From: the human T2T-CHM13v2.0 reference genome, Homo sapiens
NCBI RefSeq assembly: GCF_009914755.1
Contig: NC_060944.1
Reading direction: 5' to 3' (one strand)
DNA: 64,000 nt
Both the position numbers and the translations under genes were made by a program. Shown piece after piece: positions 20,690-37,235 of this stretch (its first letter is position 1; each line of letters begins with the position of its first letter). The notes below the pieces were generated by a model. The model had not been told where the DNA came from. It was given only the letters and a program-made list of their open reading frames with translations, and did not search any database.

Positions 20690-20870
20690 GGAAACAGGCT
20701 TGGGTTCTGGTTCTGCCACTGGCCAGCTGTGTGACTCTGGGCAAGTCACTTTGTCTCTCTGAACCTCAATTTCTTCATTCACAAAATCACAAGGTTGTTA
20801 TGAGGATTGAATAAGATACGCACATAAACTGTGCCTGGCACTCAGGAATCTGTCCATAAATGGTTGATAT
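20690..20870 (+). mobile_element. MIR
   Basis: 'ctgccactggccagctgtgtgactctgggcaagtcactt...cctcaatttc'. Confidence 0.85.
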
Positions 20871-21234
20871 ATATGGTGATTGGTGTTGGCTTACATTCTT
20901 ATCAGGTATGCCTCATCTAAATAAATTATATCTGTGCCAGTAAAATACTTACGTTAAAGTATTTAAGTATTTGAACTTCAATGTCTCTCCACAAAAGCTG
21001 ACGGATGGCTGTACTTACTGTGCACAGTGATTGTCTTTCTAAAATACATAGATTATTCTGGTTGCAATGTGGGTTAGAGATGCAAGGCAGGGTGGTGAGG
21101 AAGGGGCCATTAGCCATGTGGGTGGTGAGACACTCAAAGGGAGTGGAATTTTGGGGAATCACTATGCTAAAGAAAAGTTTTGCACCTGTTCCTCAAGTGT
21201 GATTCAGCTTTTCTTCTAGAAGAATGGGACTTCT

Positions 21235-21408
21235 GGCCAGATGTGGTGGCTCATATTTATAATTCTAGTGATTCGGGAGGCAGGGGCAGATCACTTGAGG
21301 CCAGGAGTTCGAGGTTACAGTGAGCTACAATCATGCCACTGCACTCCAGCCTGGGCAACATAGCAAGACGTTGTCTCTATAAAAAAAACTTTAAAGAAAT
21401 TAGCTGGC
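21235..21408 (+). mobile_element. Atypical Alu monomer (FRAM-like or chimeric)
   Basis: Left-arm start carrying the right-arm insertion, then an A-rich linker and 'ttagctgg'. Confidence 0.8.
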
Positions 21409-21890
<482 letters not shown>

Positions 21891-21969
21891 TATGATTGCT
21901 AGTAAATCCATATGTGCTGTCAAAGGAGAGGGGCGCATGGCTGTGTGTGAGAAGCAGGTTGAGGGAACT

Positions 21970-22123
21970 CCTTCATGCATTGCAGCACATTCAGCAGCGT
22001 TGCCAGCCAATCTCTACTTGATGCCAGTACCACCTCTTTATCCTCTGCTTTGAAACCTCAAATGTCCCCATCATTGCCAAACGTCCCCTGGGAGGCAAAA
22101 TCTCCCCCAGTGGAGAATCACTG
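21970..22123 (+). mobile_element. MER20 3' half
   Basis: 'gatgccagtacc...cattgccaaacgtcccctgggaggcaaaat...gagaatcactg'. Confidence 0.8.
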
Positions 22124-22490
22124 ATCTAGAGGAAACTGGTGAAGCCAATGTAGCAGATCAAATGAGAAAATTCCAGGGTAGTGACATGAACTTGACTTTT
22201 CCTGGAGAGTAATTAACTAGGCAGAGACAATGCCATATGAATGAAAATGTTTCCCTTCTCTTTTTCTGGTAGGTCAAGTTGAAGTATATGTGTGTGTCAT
22301 GGAAAAACAAGTCTAAAAAGAGAAGGAACAAAAATACCTCTACAACGGAGAGCTATCTTAAATAGCAATGTTTTTATGGCATGTGATTGAAGATTATTAA
22401 GATTGGTAATGGAAACTGGAAACTGTCACCTCTAGGGTTGTGTGAGTTTGTGATCCTGGGGTGGCTTTTACTGAGGTCGTGGAGGGCTGA

Positions 22491-23180
<690 letters not shown>

Positions 23181-23305
23181 GCACGTCGCAGTTCTGGTGC
23201 GCAATTCTGCATCTTCTTTTTCAGTGCCTAAAACTGAGGATCTTCCACAACAGTTTACAAGCAGTGAAGGGGCATTTTTAACCACCGGAAAAATAAACAG
23301 CCAAG

Positions 23306-23311
23306 GTGTGT

Positions 23312-23343
<32 letters not shown>
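23306..23343. repeat. (TG)n microsatellite
   Basis: Direct observation. Confidence 0.95.
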
Positions 23344-23529
23344 TTTTAATCCACACCAGGCAGGCATCTCCTCTTACTCTCCTGCAGGGTATGTGGAGGC
23401 AGGATGGACCGTGGTCAACACTGCAAGTGTTTCATTTCACCTGTGGCTTTATTTCTTTATGCCCTCCTATATTTCGGTTAAGTGTGCAACCGAGTACAAA
23501 TTCCTTTCAAGAGAAATAGCAGAGGCAGA

Positions 23530-23950
23530 AAGTGGGTAGGGAGGGAGCCTGCGGGGAATGGGAGAGGGGAGAGCCTCCCCCAGCTCCAGGTTGAGCCCCC
23601 GAGTCGGTCCTGGCACGTGGGCGTGCGCCGGCGCTGGGGGTGGCCACCCTGTGTGTGGTGTGTGGGGCCATTTGGAAATCCCCCATGAATGACTAGGAGG
23701 GGCTGGGGAGATGAGTGGCCCAAGGCATTGCTGTAAACTACACTGGTTTCCCAAAGGATTTTGCATGTGCTCACAAAAGTAGTAAGGATAACCTGAGCCC
23801 TGTGGGTCCTTTATGAACGAGGAGATTACGGTCGGGCTTTGCCACAGCCTAAGTGTGCAGTACAACAAGGCCATTGTACAGCTCGGGCATTCATATTGAA
23901 AATAAAATATTAGCTGGGTGGTCCGGAATAATGAAGGCATTTATGACTCT
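23530..23950. promoter_or_regulatory. Candidate enhancer/promoter: CpG cluster with E-box, NF-kB site and G4 motif
   Basis: Non-repeat sequence; CACGTG 23614-23619, GGGCGTG, GGAAATCCCC 23674-23683, six G-runs at 23534-23569. Confidence 0.4.
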
Positions 23951-24614
23951 GGCTAAGCATATGTATGTCGGACTGATCCACAGATTACCGTTACAGAGTC
24001 TGGGCTCATGCGGGGCTCCAGAGGGCTGAGGCCACTGGTATAGATCTGGGATGAAAGGACCAATGATCAAAGAGACTCAGGAAGACTAAAGAGCTGTTTA
24101 TCTGTGACCTAGGGATACAATGGAATGAGGAATACGATTCTATTGAAAACCAGGACTGGTTTCCAAGAGCGTCCTTAAAAACGCCGAACTTCAGAGAAAA
24201 TGGTCTCAATCCAGCACTCAGAGGGAAAAGCACAACACCAGAAAAACAGGCGGCTGCGAAGGGCTTTGGAAGCCGTGTGAACCGGTGACCCGAGCTCAGG
24301 TCCACAGTTGGGATACAGGAGGACAAATCACTGGCTAGGCCATGACTCGGTGAGTGATCGTGGGTCAGTCACATAACCTTTTGTCTTCCTCATCTGCTGA
24401 GGACAGAGGTTGACCCTGGGCTCTGACGTTACCAGGCCCCCAGCAGGATGCAGCACAAAGATCATACTTGCTCCATTCCATTTTGCCTATGAAAGAAAAT
24501 TTGGAGGCCTGGCAGAAAACCTCTCTACGAATGCGGGTGGGGACTGGAGTTTTCTGGAACAGGAGCACCAACTGTGCCAGGTGCCACACCTTCTTTCCTG
24601 CCTGAGGAGAAATG

Positions 24615-25760
<1,146 letters not shown>

Positions 25761-26337
25761 CCTCAAGGGTCATTTTGAGAGCTGAAGGAGGGGAGTGGTC
25801 CTCCCAGGCTGGTGTGTTGCCTTCTGGAGTCCCTGCTAATTTAGGAGCTGCTTCTCTAGTCCAGAACTTCCTTTGGTTCTTCTTATCACAGTGAGTTGGA
25901 AACACCAGGTCACCTTGAATTCTACCTCAAGGCTTCTAGGGCCTTTGTGAGCCACACGGTGCAGCGCCAAGCATAGCCTGAACACTAGACACATTTTCTC
26001 ACCCTCTGCCTGAAAGCAGGTGATTTCGTTATTTAGAACAGCTCAGGGCCTTAGCGTGAATATTTGGAGAGGGTGATAGAGAAGGCACTGCCTGGTACCT
26101 GCAGTTGGGCCTGTCCCAGTACAAGCAACAACATATTAAAAAGAAAGGAAGTATTTGGAGTCCTTTGATGCCTCTAGTTAAAAGCTGCAGGCCAATTGCA
26201 ATCTCTAATCTCCACTCTCTTTCTCATTTGAGGCAATGGGGCTATCCTTCCATGATTTTCTTGCCTTGTTTATTAACAGTTCGGGGGCAGTTTTTCCCTG
26301 TTATTTAATAGAAACATGAAAAAGCAAGCATCTTGCA

Positions 26338-26488
26338 GCAGTTATCAATTACTGCATAACAAATGATCCCAAACCTCATGGGTCTTAACAACCACCATTT
26401 GTTATTGCTCAGGAGGCTACAGTTCTGTTGAGCTGTGTCAGGCTCAGCAGGTCTCAGCTGGGCTCACTCGTGCACCTGCAGTCAGTCA
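26338..26488 (-). mobile_element. MLT1 LTR fragment
   Basis: 'ctgcataacaaatgatcccaaacc...ccatttgttattgctca'. Confidence 0.65.
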
Positions 26489-26691
26489 CGTGAAATCTCA
26501 GTCTCTCCGTCTGCAATCGACTCAACAGAATGCAGACACCATATTGCCCATTGGCCTTGCTGTTTCTGTCTCCATGGTTCTGGCTCGATTCCTTGCAGTA
26601 CTGACACTTCTTCCAGCACAACCCTCTAGTAAGACAGCCTGGATTCCCTCTCATGAGCTTCTGGGCTCAGAGAGGTTTGTAGATATCTGGG

Positions 26692-27000
26692 ACTGTTTTA
26701 ATTTGGGTTCTGAGTAGCAGAGCCTGAGAAAGTCATTTGAGTGTAAGCAGTTTATTCCAGGAAGTACCAATTAGGACACAGGGAAGTGAGATCCAGGAGG
26801 GAAGGCAGCCAATACAGGGTATATTAGAGAGGCAGCTACTATTGTTGGAAATAGGGCACAATTTCCCCCCTCCCGGGGATATGCCTCAGGGTGGTTTCAT
26901 CCAGGGGCAAAGAAATGGAACCTTTGCTGGGACTAGGGAGAGGGCCATGGGAGCCACTCTGTTTTACCAAGATTTTGCCTCTGTGGCCTCTCCCTCTAGG
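26692..27000 (-). mobile_element. LTR16-like ERVL LTR fragment
   Basis: 'gcagagcctgagaaagtcatttgagtgtaagcagtttatt' is the antisense LTR16 tail. Confidence 0.6.
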
Positions 27001-27191
27001 CTTCCCTGCAAAGGAATTGCCGATCCCTGTGGCTGGGGTTGTAGAGTCAGCCAGGCTTATACTGACATATTTAAGTTCAGCACAGTTGATAATGCTTGCG
27101 ATGTCTAGGGACCCAGAGGGTAATCACAGAGTACAAATGAACTTAAACAATGCCAGAAGCAAGCCTGACTTGTTTTTTTCTTGGGGTATAA

Positions 27192-27581
<390 letters not shown>

Positions 27582-28458
27582 TAAGCAGGATGGGATGTCC
27601 ATCATAAGCTGCTTCTCTTTCATCTTGAGCACGCATCATCAAATAGAGGTCTTCTTTTAATGAAGCAGCAGATATTTTTAGTGATTTATCATGAAATATT
27701 TTGTTACATGGAGTGATGGATTACCACATAAGTTAGATTAGTCCCTTGCAGCCTCATGATTCGAAAGCCCACAATTTGAGCAGTTGGATGCAAAGTACTT
27801 TAAAATGGCCCAGTTTCTCAGATGAGATTGTGTCAGTTTCCATGATGTGAACTTCTGAGCTTGTTCTGCTCCAAAAATGAAGCATAGGTTTTGACAAGTC
27901 CTTGCTCGAATCCTTAGATTCTTTCTCAGACCTTGACTGAATGTCCCTGGATGTGCACATTTTTCTGGCTTGTAGATTTTCACCATCTCACAAGGCTGCC
28001 TGGGATTACTGTTTTTCATGCCTTGTTCCATTTCTTGCCTATAAGAGGATGCTTTCCATCTATAGTATAGTTTTATAGCAATCTGAGTAGTTTCTCATTG
28101 TTTCAGGCTGAGTAACTTTAGCAATATCAGCCTCCCTATGTAGGTTAATTGATTGACACATTTATTTAATCAGGAAGTGTTATTGAGCGCTTCAAAGGGT
28201 GCAGCAACCACAAGGCCCCACATTTGCTCACACTGTCCCAATGCCAAAAATTCTGTCCCATTGGTTCTGCACAGCTTCACGTTATCCTAGAAAATGCAAA
28301 ATTTTGTCTTGCTTCAAGACGACCTCTTTCAGTTGGTGGGTGGGGGGTCCCAGACATACTTCATCAGGCCAGGTTTCCTAATTTGAATCTAGGAAAGTAT
28401 AATATGAGAAATACTTCATCTGATTTTGTTTTATAATCACTTAAGAATATTTATTTAA

Positions 28459-28720
28459 GCCAGGCGCAGTGGCTCATGCCTTTGGGAGGCTGATGCAGGA
28501 GGATTGCTTGAGTCCAGGAGTTCAAGACCATCCTGGGCAACACAGGGAGACCCTAAATCTAAAAAAAATATTTAGCTGGGCATAGTGGTAAGCACCTGCA
28601 ATGCCATCTACTCAAAAGGCTGAGGTGGGAGGATTGCTTGAGCCTGAGAGGTCAAGGCTGTAGTGAGCTGTGTTCGTGCCACTGCACTCCAGCCTGGGTG
28701 AGCAGAGTGAGATGCTGCCT
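28459..28720 (+). mobile_element. AluJ (internally deleted, no A-tail)
   Basis: Dimer followed directly by (TG)n. Confidence 0.92.
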
Positions 28721-28721
28721 A

Positions 28722-28724
<3 letters not shown>

Positions 28725-28766
<42 letters not shown>
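28725..28766. repeat. (TG)n microsatellite
   Basis: Direct observation. Confidence 0.95.
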
Positions 28767-28768
<2 letters not shown>

Positions 28769-28978
28769 TTTCCAAAGCCAAATCTTTGATTTTTTCACTT
28801 TCTTCTTCCTTGTGTCCTACAGATAACCATTCAGATTTTTTCTTATTTACCTTTCCATTTTAAAAAATGTAAGCAAAATCTATATATGCTAATGAATCAC
28901 ATACACCTCTCTCTGTCTTGTTTGTGTCATTTAATGAAGTATACTGGAGACTACTCCATAATGGTAAATGTTGATTTT

Positions 28979-29509
28979 TGTTTTAGTCAGGGTTCTTTCT
29001 CCAAAGAAACAGACTCAATAGGATGTGTGTTGGGCAAGGGATATAGTTGTATATATTTGTGTCAATGTGTACGTATGTATACATAGAAAGATATTTATTA
29101 CAAGGAACTGGCTCACACAGTTATGGAGGCTGACAAGTTCCAAGGTCTGCAGGGTGAGTCAGCAAGCTGGAGACCCAGGAGAGATCATGGTGTGGTTTCA
29201 GTCCAAGGCTGGCAGGCTCAAGACTCAGGAAGAGCCATTGTTTCAGTTCAAAGACAGGAAAAAGCTAACATCCCAGCTCAAAGGATGCCAGACAGAATTA
29301 TCTTATGCAGGGGAGGGCCAGCCTTTTTGTTCTGTTTAGGCCTTCGACTGATTGGCTGAGGCTCACCCACTTTAGCGCTAGTAATCTGCTTTACTCTGCC
29401 TACAGAGTTACATGCTAATCTCATCCAAAACACCCAGAAAAATGACTGACCAAATATCTAGGCCCCCCCCAGGGTCCCATCAAGTTGACATATAAAGTTA
29501 ACCATCACA
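28979..29509 (-). mobile_element. MLT2B-like ERVL solo LTR (inside an old L1 fragment)
   Basis: 'tgttttagtcagggttct...aaggaactggctcacacagttatggaggctg...caagttgacatataaagttaaccatcaca'. Confidence 0.88.
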
Positions 29510-29775
29510 ATATTCTTCACTCCCTTTAGCAGATCCATTGTATGAATGTGCCACAGTTGATTAAACCAATCTCTTGTTGATGGACAATTGATTATTTCCA
29601 ATGTTTTGTTATGATGAAGTTCTGTGATGAATCGCCTTATGCATACATATGCTGTTTGTTGCACTGTACTTGTAGGACAGACTCCTGGAGGTGGGATTGC
29701 TGGATCAGAGCATGCACATATATATAATTGCCCCTTGCTAGGGGCTGTATCATTTTGCATTCCACCAACAGCATC
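29510..29775 (-). mobile_element. L1ME-like fragment
   Basis: 'ccattgtatgaatgtgccaca...gatggaca' and 'gtgggattgctggatca'. Confidence 0.7.
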
Positions 29776-29799
29776 CGAAAGCACTGGTTGCCACCACCC

Positions 29800-30480
<681 letters not shown>

Positions 30481-30820
30481 AACATCCTACATAAAACATG
30501 ATTTCTACCTTCAAGGACTTATGCAACTGAAACAGAAGACAGAACGAATGCAGGAAAAACTACAAGAAAATAGAGAAGAGTACTGCATTGGTAGTGCTTT
30601 ATTTTATGGTATAGATCATGAGCCCCGTGAGTCCTTCAGAATTCAGAGAAGAGGTCATGAAAGAGGAGGGGCATGAAGTGGGCCTTGGAGTCATACGATT
30701 TGAATGGACAGGACATTAAACAGTGCCACAATCCCTTGTCTGCCATTTGAAATCTGAGAACCAACAGTTTTTGGAGAGTCGGGGCAGACTCCTTATGTTA
30801 AACATGCAGAAGCAGAAATT

Positions 30821-31000
<180 letters not shown>

Positions 31001-31365
31001 TAAACTGGGAGTGTGGTCCCAGACTCTTCCAGGGGTGATATGTCAAATATGGGATATGAACTGTTCAATTTCTGATACTTATCTGGCCTAAGGAGTTTGT
31101 ATAGGAGACCATGTATCTGTGCTTCATATCTCAGGGAAACGAGGGATGTGTTTGCTGAGGCCTGGCTGTCAGGAAGTGTCAGAGAACCCCACAGGCACTA
31201 CTTGAAAGGTGCTTGTCCTACAGGTAGCTGGAGAAAGATGGTTACATCCAGGCTGGGTCACTCTCTGCTGGATATACTCTGCCCCGGGCTGCCTCCTTCA
31301 GGGGGTGGGGGGAAAGGGACTATCTTCTAATTTGCACAAAAGTGCCATGTGATGTCTCAGATTCC

Positions 31366-31813
31366 TCTTAGCCTGGGCTCTCCTTCAAGGCAGAGCCTGA
31401 GACAAGGGTTTGAGCCAACTGGTTTACTTGGGAGGTGACCCAGAAAGCCCTGTGAAGAGTGGGGAAGTGAGGCAGGGAAGTCAATAAAGGGTTTGCTCAT
31501 GAGTGAGTTACTGCAGAGGGCCGCTGGGCTCACTGCTGCCAGGGACCTCTGGGAGACAGTGGAGCACACATCAGAATTGCCCCAGAGAGTGGGGAGGAAG
31601 CCACGGCGTGTACTCACCAACTGGTCGAATGTTGTCTTGGGGGCCTTAAGTGCTCAACACTTCCTGGCCTCCCTGCAGTCCTCCTGTAGAGAAGAAGGGA
31701 GAGGCTGGCATATTCTTGAAGTAGGAAGCTCCCAGTGTGCATAGAAATTGCCCACCAACTGGAGGTGAGCACCGGGTGGGCCAAGAGAATGTGGCCCACA
31801 GTATCTTCTTGCA
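31366..31813 (-). mobile_element. LTR16-like ERVL solo LTR
   Basis: 'gcagagcctgagacaagggtttgag...gtttacttgggaggtgacccag'. Confidence 0.72.
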
Positions 31814-31970
31814 GAGCCCCTGCTAAGCACTCCCTCCGAGGCTTTGTCTATCTCGGTTGACCACACTGTTCAGTGCTTCCTTTCCCTTTCCACCTATGAG
31901 CTCCCTGAGCTTAGGGACTGTTCCCTTTCATAGCTGTATCCCCATGCCTGGCATGGCGGCTGGGTCAGAT

Positions 31971-32564
31971 CGTTACCCACCACGGGTTCTTGGGCTCTCA
32001 ATGCAATAGGAATTGTCATGAGGCCAAAAGAGCTTTCCCAAACAAGGCTTTATGGGGCTGTGCCCAGGCATAAGGGAGGCAGCTCAGGGAAAGGATTCCC
32101 TAGCTGGCTCCCTGGAGGGTGTTGGAAAGGCATTTTTATAGGGGCCACAGCGGGAAAGGAGTGGCGTTAAGCATGTAGAGGCGGGAATGCTTAGCACCCG
32201 TGCAGATGAAAATACACTTCTTCCTGTGTCACGTCTCATTAGGATGTTAAATCTCTACCCGGGTGTGATTTTTGGTGTTATAATGAAGCTAAGATTAAGG
32301 GTCAGTTTTTCTTCTGGCCTTGTGGGCATGCAGGCAATAGGGTTAACTCCTTTGAGTAAGATTTAAGGTGGGAGCTGCTTATTTTAGCTTCCTCCAGGTC
32401 CCTCAATCTGTAGGTATGGCGCCTTGAGCAGGATTTATGGGGCAAGGTCTGGATGGCCTCGTTGGGATTCCCTCCAGCCCTGGGGCCTCCCGGTCACCAG
32501 CTTGTAGTAGACGTCCTCAGTGAGAGACGTGGTGGGGCCCAAATCATCTCCCTACCCTGTCTCA
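31971..32564 (-). mobile_element. ERV1 solo LTR (LTR35/LTR36-related)
   Basis: Minus-strand start TGAGACAGGGTAGGG; 3' end similar to the LTR at 41366; TSD (a/g)gat. Confidence 0.7.
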
Positions 32565-34376
32565 GGATCAGCGCCCAGGTAGCATGTGCCAGGTCTGGGG
32601 TTCTTCCTGCATACTTTACTCCTATTGTTCTCCAAAGTGTGCACTGCAGGTAGGACAACCAAATCTCCCATCACCACTTAATGCGGCGAGGGTTGGCAAG
32701 GAATTCCACTGGGTACCTGTCTCTGGAGGCTGAGGCCGGAGGCTGTGTGGCTAGGCTGACTATGGCTCTGCCTGGTACCTACTCCTGGCCAGGGGCAAAC
32801 CTTTCCTTTAGGTGTTTTGGCAGAGTCAGACAGGTTTGCTCCTCACATTCCACACAACAGCTCTCGCCTTCATAAAGCACTTAAAGGCTGGTTGGCTCTC
32901 TATGGGTTTCCAAAGAGGAGCAGACTTCCTGCAGTCCAGATGTCTGGCAGGGGCCTGGTCCTTGTGCTGGTTCCCTCTCCAGCTTTGTTGTGATGTAGGG
33001 AGAAGCCTCTCTGTCTGTTTGGGATAAACTTAATCCTCTAAACAGCAACTGATCCAAAATTTCCATATAGGCGGGGTCTGGGGGGCAGCCATCTGGTTGG
33101 AAGGAAGATTAGGGAACTTGTATTAGAACTACCTCTCTCTAATGTATGGTGAGCACCCTGGTTTCCCTTTGGGGTGGCTTTATAGAGGGGTCAGTTGATA
33201 TTACAAGGAAGCTAAAGGATGCCGCCTGTGACACCTGAATTCCTTAAGAACAAGGCATCCTGCAGGGAGAATTTGCAGAAATGTGATGGGGGATGGGCAG
33301 AGCGAAGCCAGAGGAGACCTTGACAGTCGGCCACCAAATATTCACCCGACCTCTGCTAGATTTGTTCTTGACAATGCACTTTTTTGTAGGCAAATCAAGT
33401 TATCGCTCTGTTAGAAAGAATAACAATCACTGTCAAACTCCAATGAAGACCTATGTTTTTATTGTTGTGATTTCTGATAAGTCCCCTGGACCAGGCCCTG
33501 CAGTCCAGACCCTCGCCTCGCCAGCTGCTTGTGCTGTGGAACTGCCTCCATCTGTCTCCCTGTGAAACCGTGGTTAGCACATCATTAACCCATCTACGGA
33601 GATTTCAGAATTTATAATCCTCAATCGTTCACAGAATGAAAACAGATGCTTTGCCAGAAATTCACTATCAAAGAGAAGCATTTAATATTGGTAATTAGCA
33701 AATTAAAAAGAGGCCAAAGTGCCCAACTCAAACCAAAATTCTTCCCCACAGAGTAAATGCAGTATGATTTGAAGTAATGAACTGCAATCATCTCTATTTT
33801 GTAGCTTCCTACCCTTCTGTGTGGACCAAGAAAAGCTCCTGCTTACAATTTTGTACAAAGGAGATGAGATCTGTCAAGAATATTTTTAAAACATACCACT
33901 GAAGAGATGACCCAAATGGCTGGGGCATCTACTGCTGGAACAATTGCTGGCATTATGGGATGTTGCATGCACTAGCCACTAGACTCCATCAAAGAGTTGG
34001 GCTGCATAAGCTGGTGTGGGTTCAGATGCCAGGAAGAGTTGCTATGACAGCAAAAAATTTGATGTCCTTTGGAGGGTAAATTCTTGATTGAGGGACAAAA
34101 TTAAGGGGATACAGCTTTGCATAGCACATTGAGAGAAACTTCCCAAGTGATTCCTAAAAAACAGGTGCTTATGGAATTGCTAATGTTCTACAGTCACATG
34201 GAATTACATGGCTATGTGATGCTTTCCTTCCTCTGCAGGTAGTGCAGACTTTGGGATGGGAGATTCTGTTTTAAAATGGAACTCTTCTACAAAAAGAGAC
34301 ACTTCCTGCCCTGACAGCATCAGTTTTAACATCTGCATTTCAGAAGTAGAATCTCAGTTTTTCATAAGAGAACTAG

Positions 34377-34683
34377 TTTTTTGTTGTTGTTGTTATGTTT
34401 TGTTTTGTTTTGTCCTGTTTTGAGACAGGGTCTTGTTTTGCCACCCAGGCTGGAGTGCAGTGGTGTGATCATGGTTCTGTAGCCTCCACCTCCTGGGCTC
34501 AAGTAATTTTCCCGCCACAGCCTCCAAAGTAGCTGAGACAACAGGTGCATACCATCATATCCAGGTAATTTGTATTTTTTGTAGAGATGGGGTTTTGCTA
34601 TATTGCCTAGGTTATTCTCAAACTCGTGGACTCAAGAGATTCTCCCACCTCAGGATTATAGGTGTGAGCCACCGTGCCTAGCT
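34377..34683 (-). mobile_element. AluJ
   Basis: Antisense dimer; TSD aactagtttt. Confidence 0.93.
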
Positions 34684-35376
34684 GAAAACTAGTTTTAAAC
34701 CACAAAAGATAATATATATTTATGGACTTTAAAGCAAGTATGTCCTACTAAGGTAAGAGAACAAGTCAGTGGGAAACAGGAGGTATCTCATGGACGTATG
34801 TATTTTTTAGCATTCTCTAAGCAGCTAACATAGAAGTTCCTGTTTCTCTGTAACTCGGTCCCTGAAAGTCTTCAGAGGGTTTTGTGGCCTGGAAACTGGC
34901 CATCTCAAGCCATTCCTTGCAATAGCAGTAGTCTTTCAACTTTTAGGACGATGACAACAAGATAGATCATACCACTTATGTGTCCCTTTTTAAAAGAAAA
35001 TATTTGTAGTTCAAATATAAACCCTGTGATTTTTAATATTCATAGTGTGGATAACCAAGGCAGGAAGTCAATGCCATTTACAGAACAATTCTAATTTCAA
35101 ATATTCCATCCCCTTGTCTCCATAAACCACTGAAATATCTCAGAAATCCCAGTATGTCCAATCCAGGTAGCCATTAAAAGAAGTTCATAAGCATTATAAT
35201 GACTATATTCAAAAGTCACATCAGATCAACAATGATTCTACCATGATTATTATACACTATGTGCACACTAGCTCTTATTCTTTATTTATTATTGCTGAGT
35301 TTATTTAGTGTATTTGGGCTTTGTTTTTTGAGTTATAAAGCTCACGAACATCTCACTGATATAAATGCCTATTTGA

Positions 35377-35680
<304 letters not shown>

Positions 35681-35994
35681 CTATTCGATTGTGACTATAA
35701 ATTCAATGTAAGTTGGTGCTGACATCCTAAGGATGACAACATTTCCCAGCCCAGTTGTACATAGTTCAAATTTAAAAGGATTTGAAATATTATTCAATTA
35801 TAAAATGTTATATTAATGTTGGAATGAATGCAAAGGACAGGAGAGAAAATGCTTTAGAGTAGCTTTCTAGAAGGAAAGCATTTGATAAAGTTGCTAATTG
35901 CATGAAAGCTGACATCAGTTTTCATACTGAATCTAAAAAGATTCAGTTAGCTGTCAGACCTGCAACTTCAAGTGCCGCAGAGAAGGTATTTCTT

Positions 35995-36305
35995 TTTAAA
36001 AATTTTAATTTTATTTATTTTAGAGAAGAGGTCTTGCTCTGTTGCCCAGGCTGGAGTACAGTGGCACAAGCATAACTCACTGCAGCCTTGAACTCCTGGG
36101 CTCAAGTGATCCTCCTGCCTCAGCCTCCTGAATAGCTGGGACAACAGGTGCATGCCATCACACCTGGTTAGTTTTTAAATGTTTATTTTTAGCAGAGATG
36201 GGCATCTCATTATGTTGCCCAGGCTGTTCTTGAACTCTTGGTCTCAAGTGATTTTCCTGCCTCCTTAGTTGGTGGGATTATGGGCATGAGCCACCGCACC
36301 TGTCT
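35995..36305 (-). mobile_element. AluJ
   Basis: Antisense dimer; TSD aaggtatttctt. Confidence 0.94.
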
Positions 36306-36681
36306 TGGGAAAGGTATTTCTTGAAGCTGGGCCATCCAAATGCCTGTTTCCCAGATAGTTGTGAGTAGGTTGGACTATTCTTCCACTTTCTGTGCATATC
36401 CATGCACATCGTCCTCTGCTTGATCTATTTGCTTTCACACACTTCTGTCAATTTCATCTTCTTAACTCCATCACCTCTCTCCTCAAAATTCTCCAACGAC
36501 TTCCCATGGCCTAAGAAAATAGTCTACACTCTTCAGGCTAGAGAAGTTGACATCACCTATCCAACAACCTTTCTTCATTTCTGCCTTAGAACACTAAGTT
36601 TGTTCTAGGAAGCAATGTTCAGTTAAAAGATGACATTTTCCAGCCTCCCTTGCAGGCAGGGGTGACTTATGAGATGTAGAC

Positions 36682-37113
36682 TATTAAAGCAAACTAAATA
36701 AGTCTTGAGAAGAATTCTGTACTTCTATATTTGAGTCCTTGTGGATGAACTTCAACCTAACTTACTAGGTAGACAAGGCTGAAACCCTAACTTAGGAGTA
36801 TGCACCTGTAACAATCAATGAGTCTTGGCCAATCCCAGAGGCAGTACTTCAACCAGTCACACACTGCTGAGTGTTCAAACCGTGTTGAAATAAGGCAAAC
36901 GCCGAGTTGTAACCAATCCAAGTAGTTCTGTACCTCACTTCCAATTTCTGTACATCACTTTACTTTTTTGGTCTATAAATGTGTTCTGACCACAAGGCAT
37001 CCCTGGAGTCTCTCTGAATCTGCTCTGATTCTGGGGGCTGCCCGATTCATGAATCATTCATTGCTCAATTAAACTCCTTTAAATTTAATTCGGCTGAACT
37101 TTCTCTTTTAACA
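36682..37113 (+). mobile_element. MER57B-like ERV1 solo LTR
   Basis: 'ttaaagcaaactaaata...cttaggagtatgcacctgtaacaa...cttttaaca'; 4-bp TSD agac. Confidence 0.88.
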
Positions 37114-37235
37114 AGACAAGGTCACTGGGACTCCCATAATAAGCTATTTTAGCAGAGCTGACTCAGCTGGAGGGATATGACCTAGCACCTTTTCACTCTT
37201 CCCTTCTCTGAATTGGACCTAGAATGCAGACAAGA

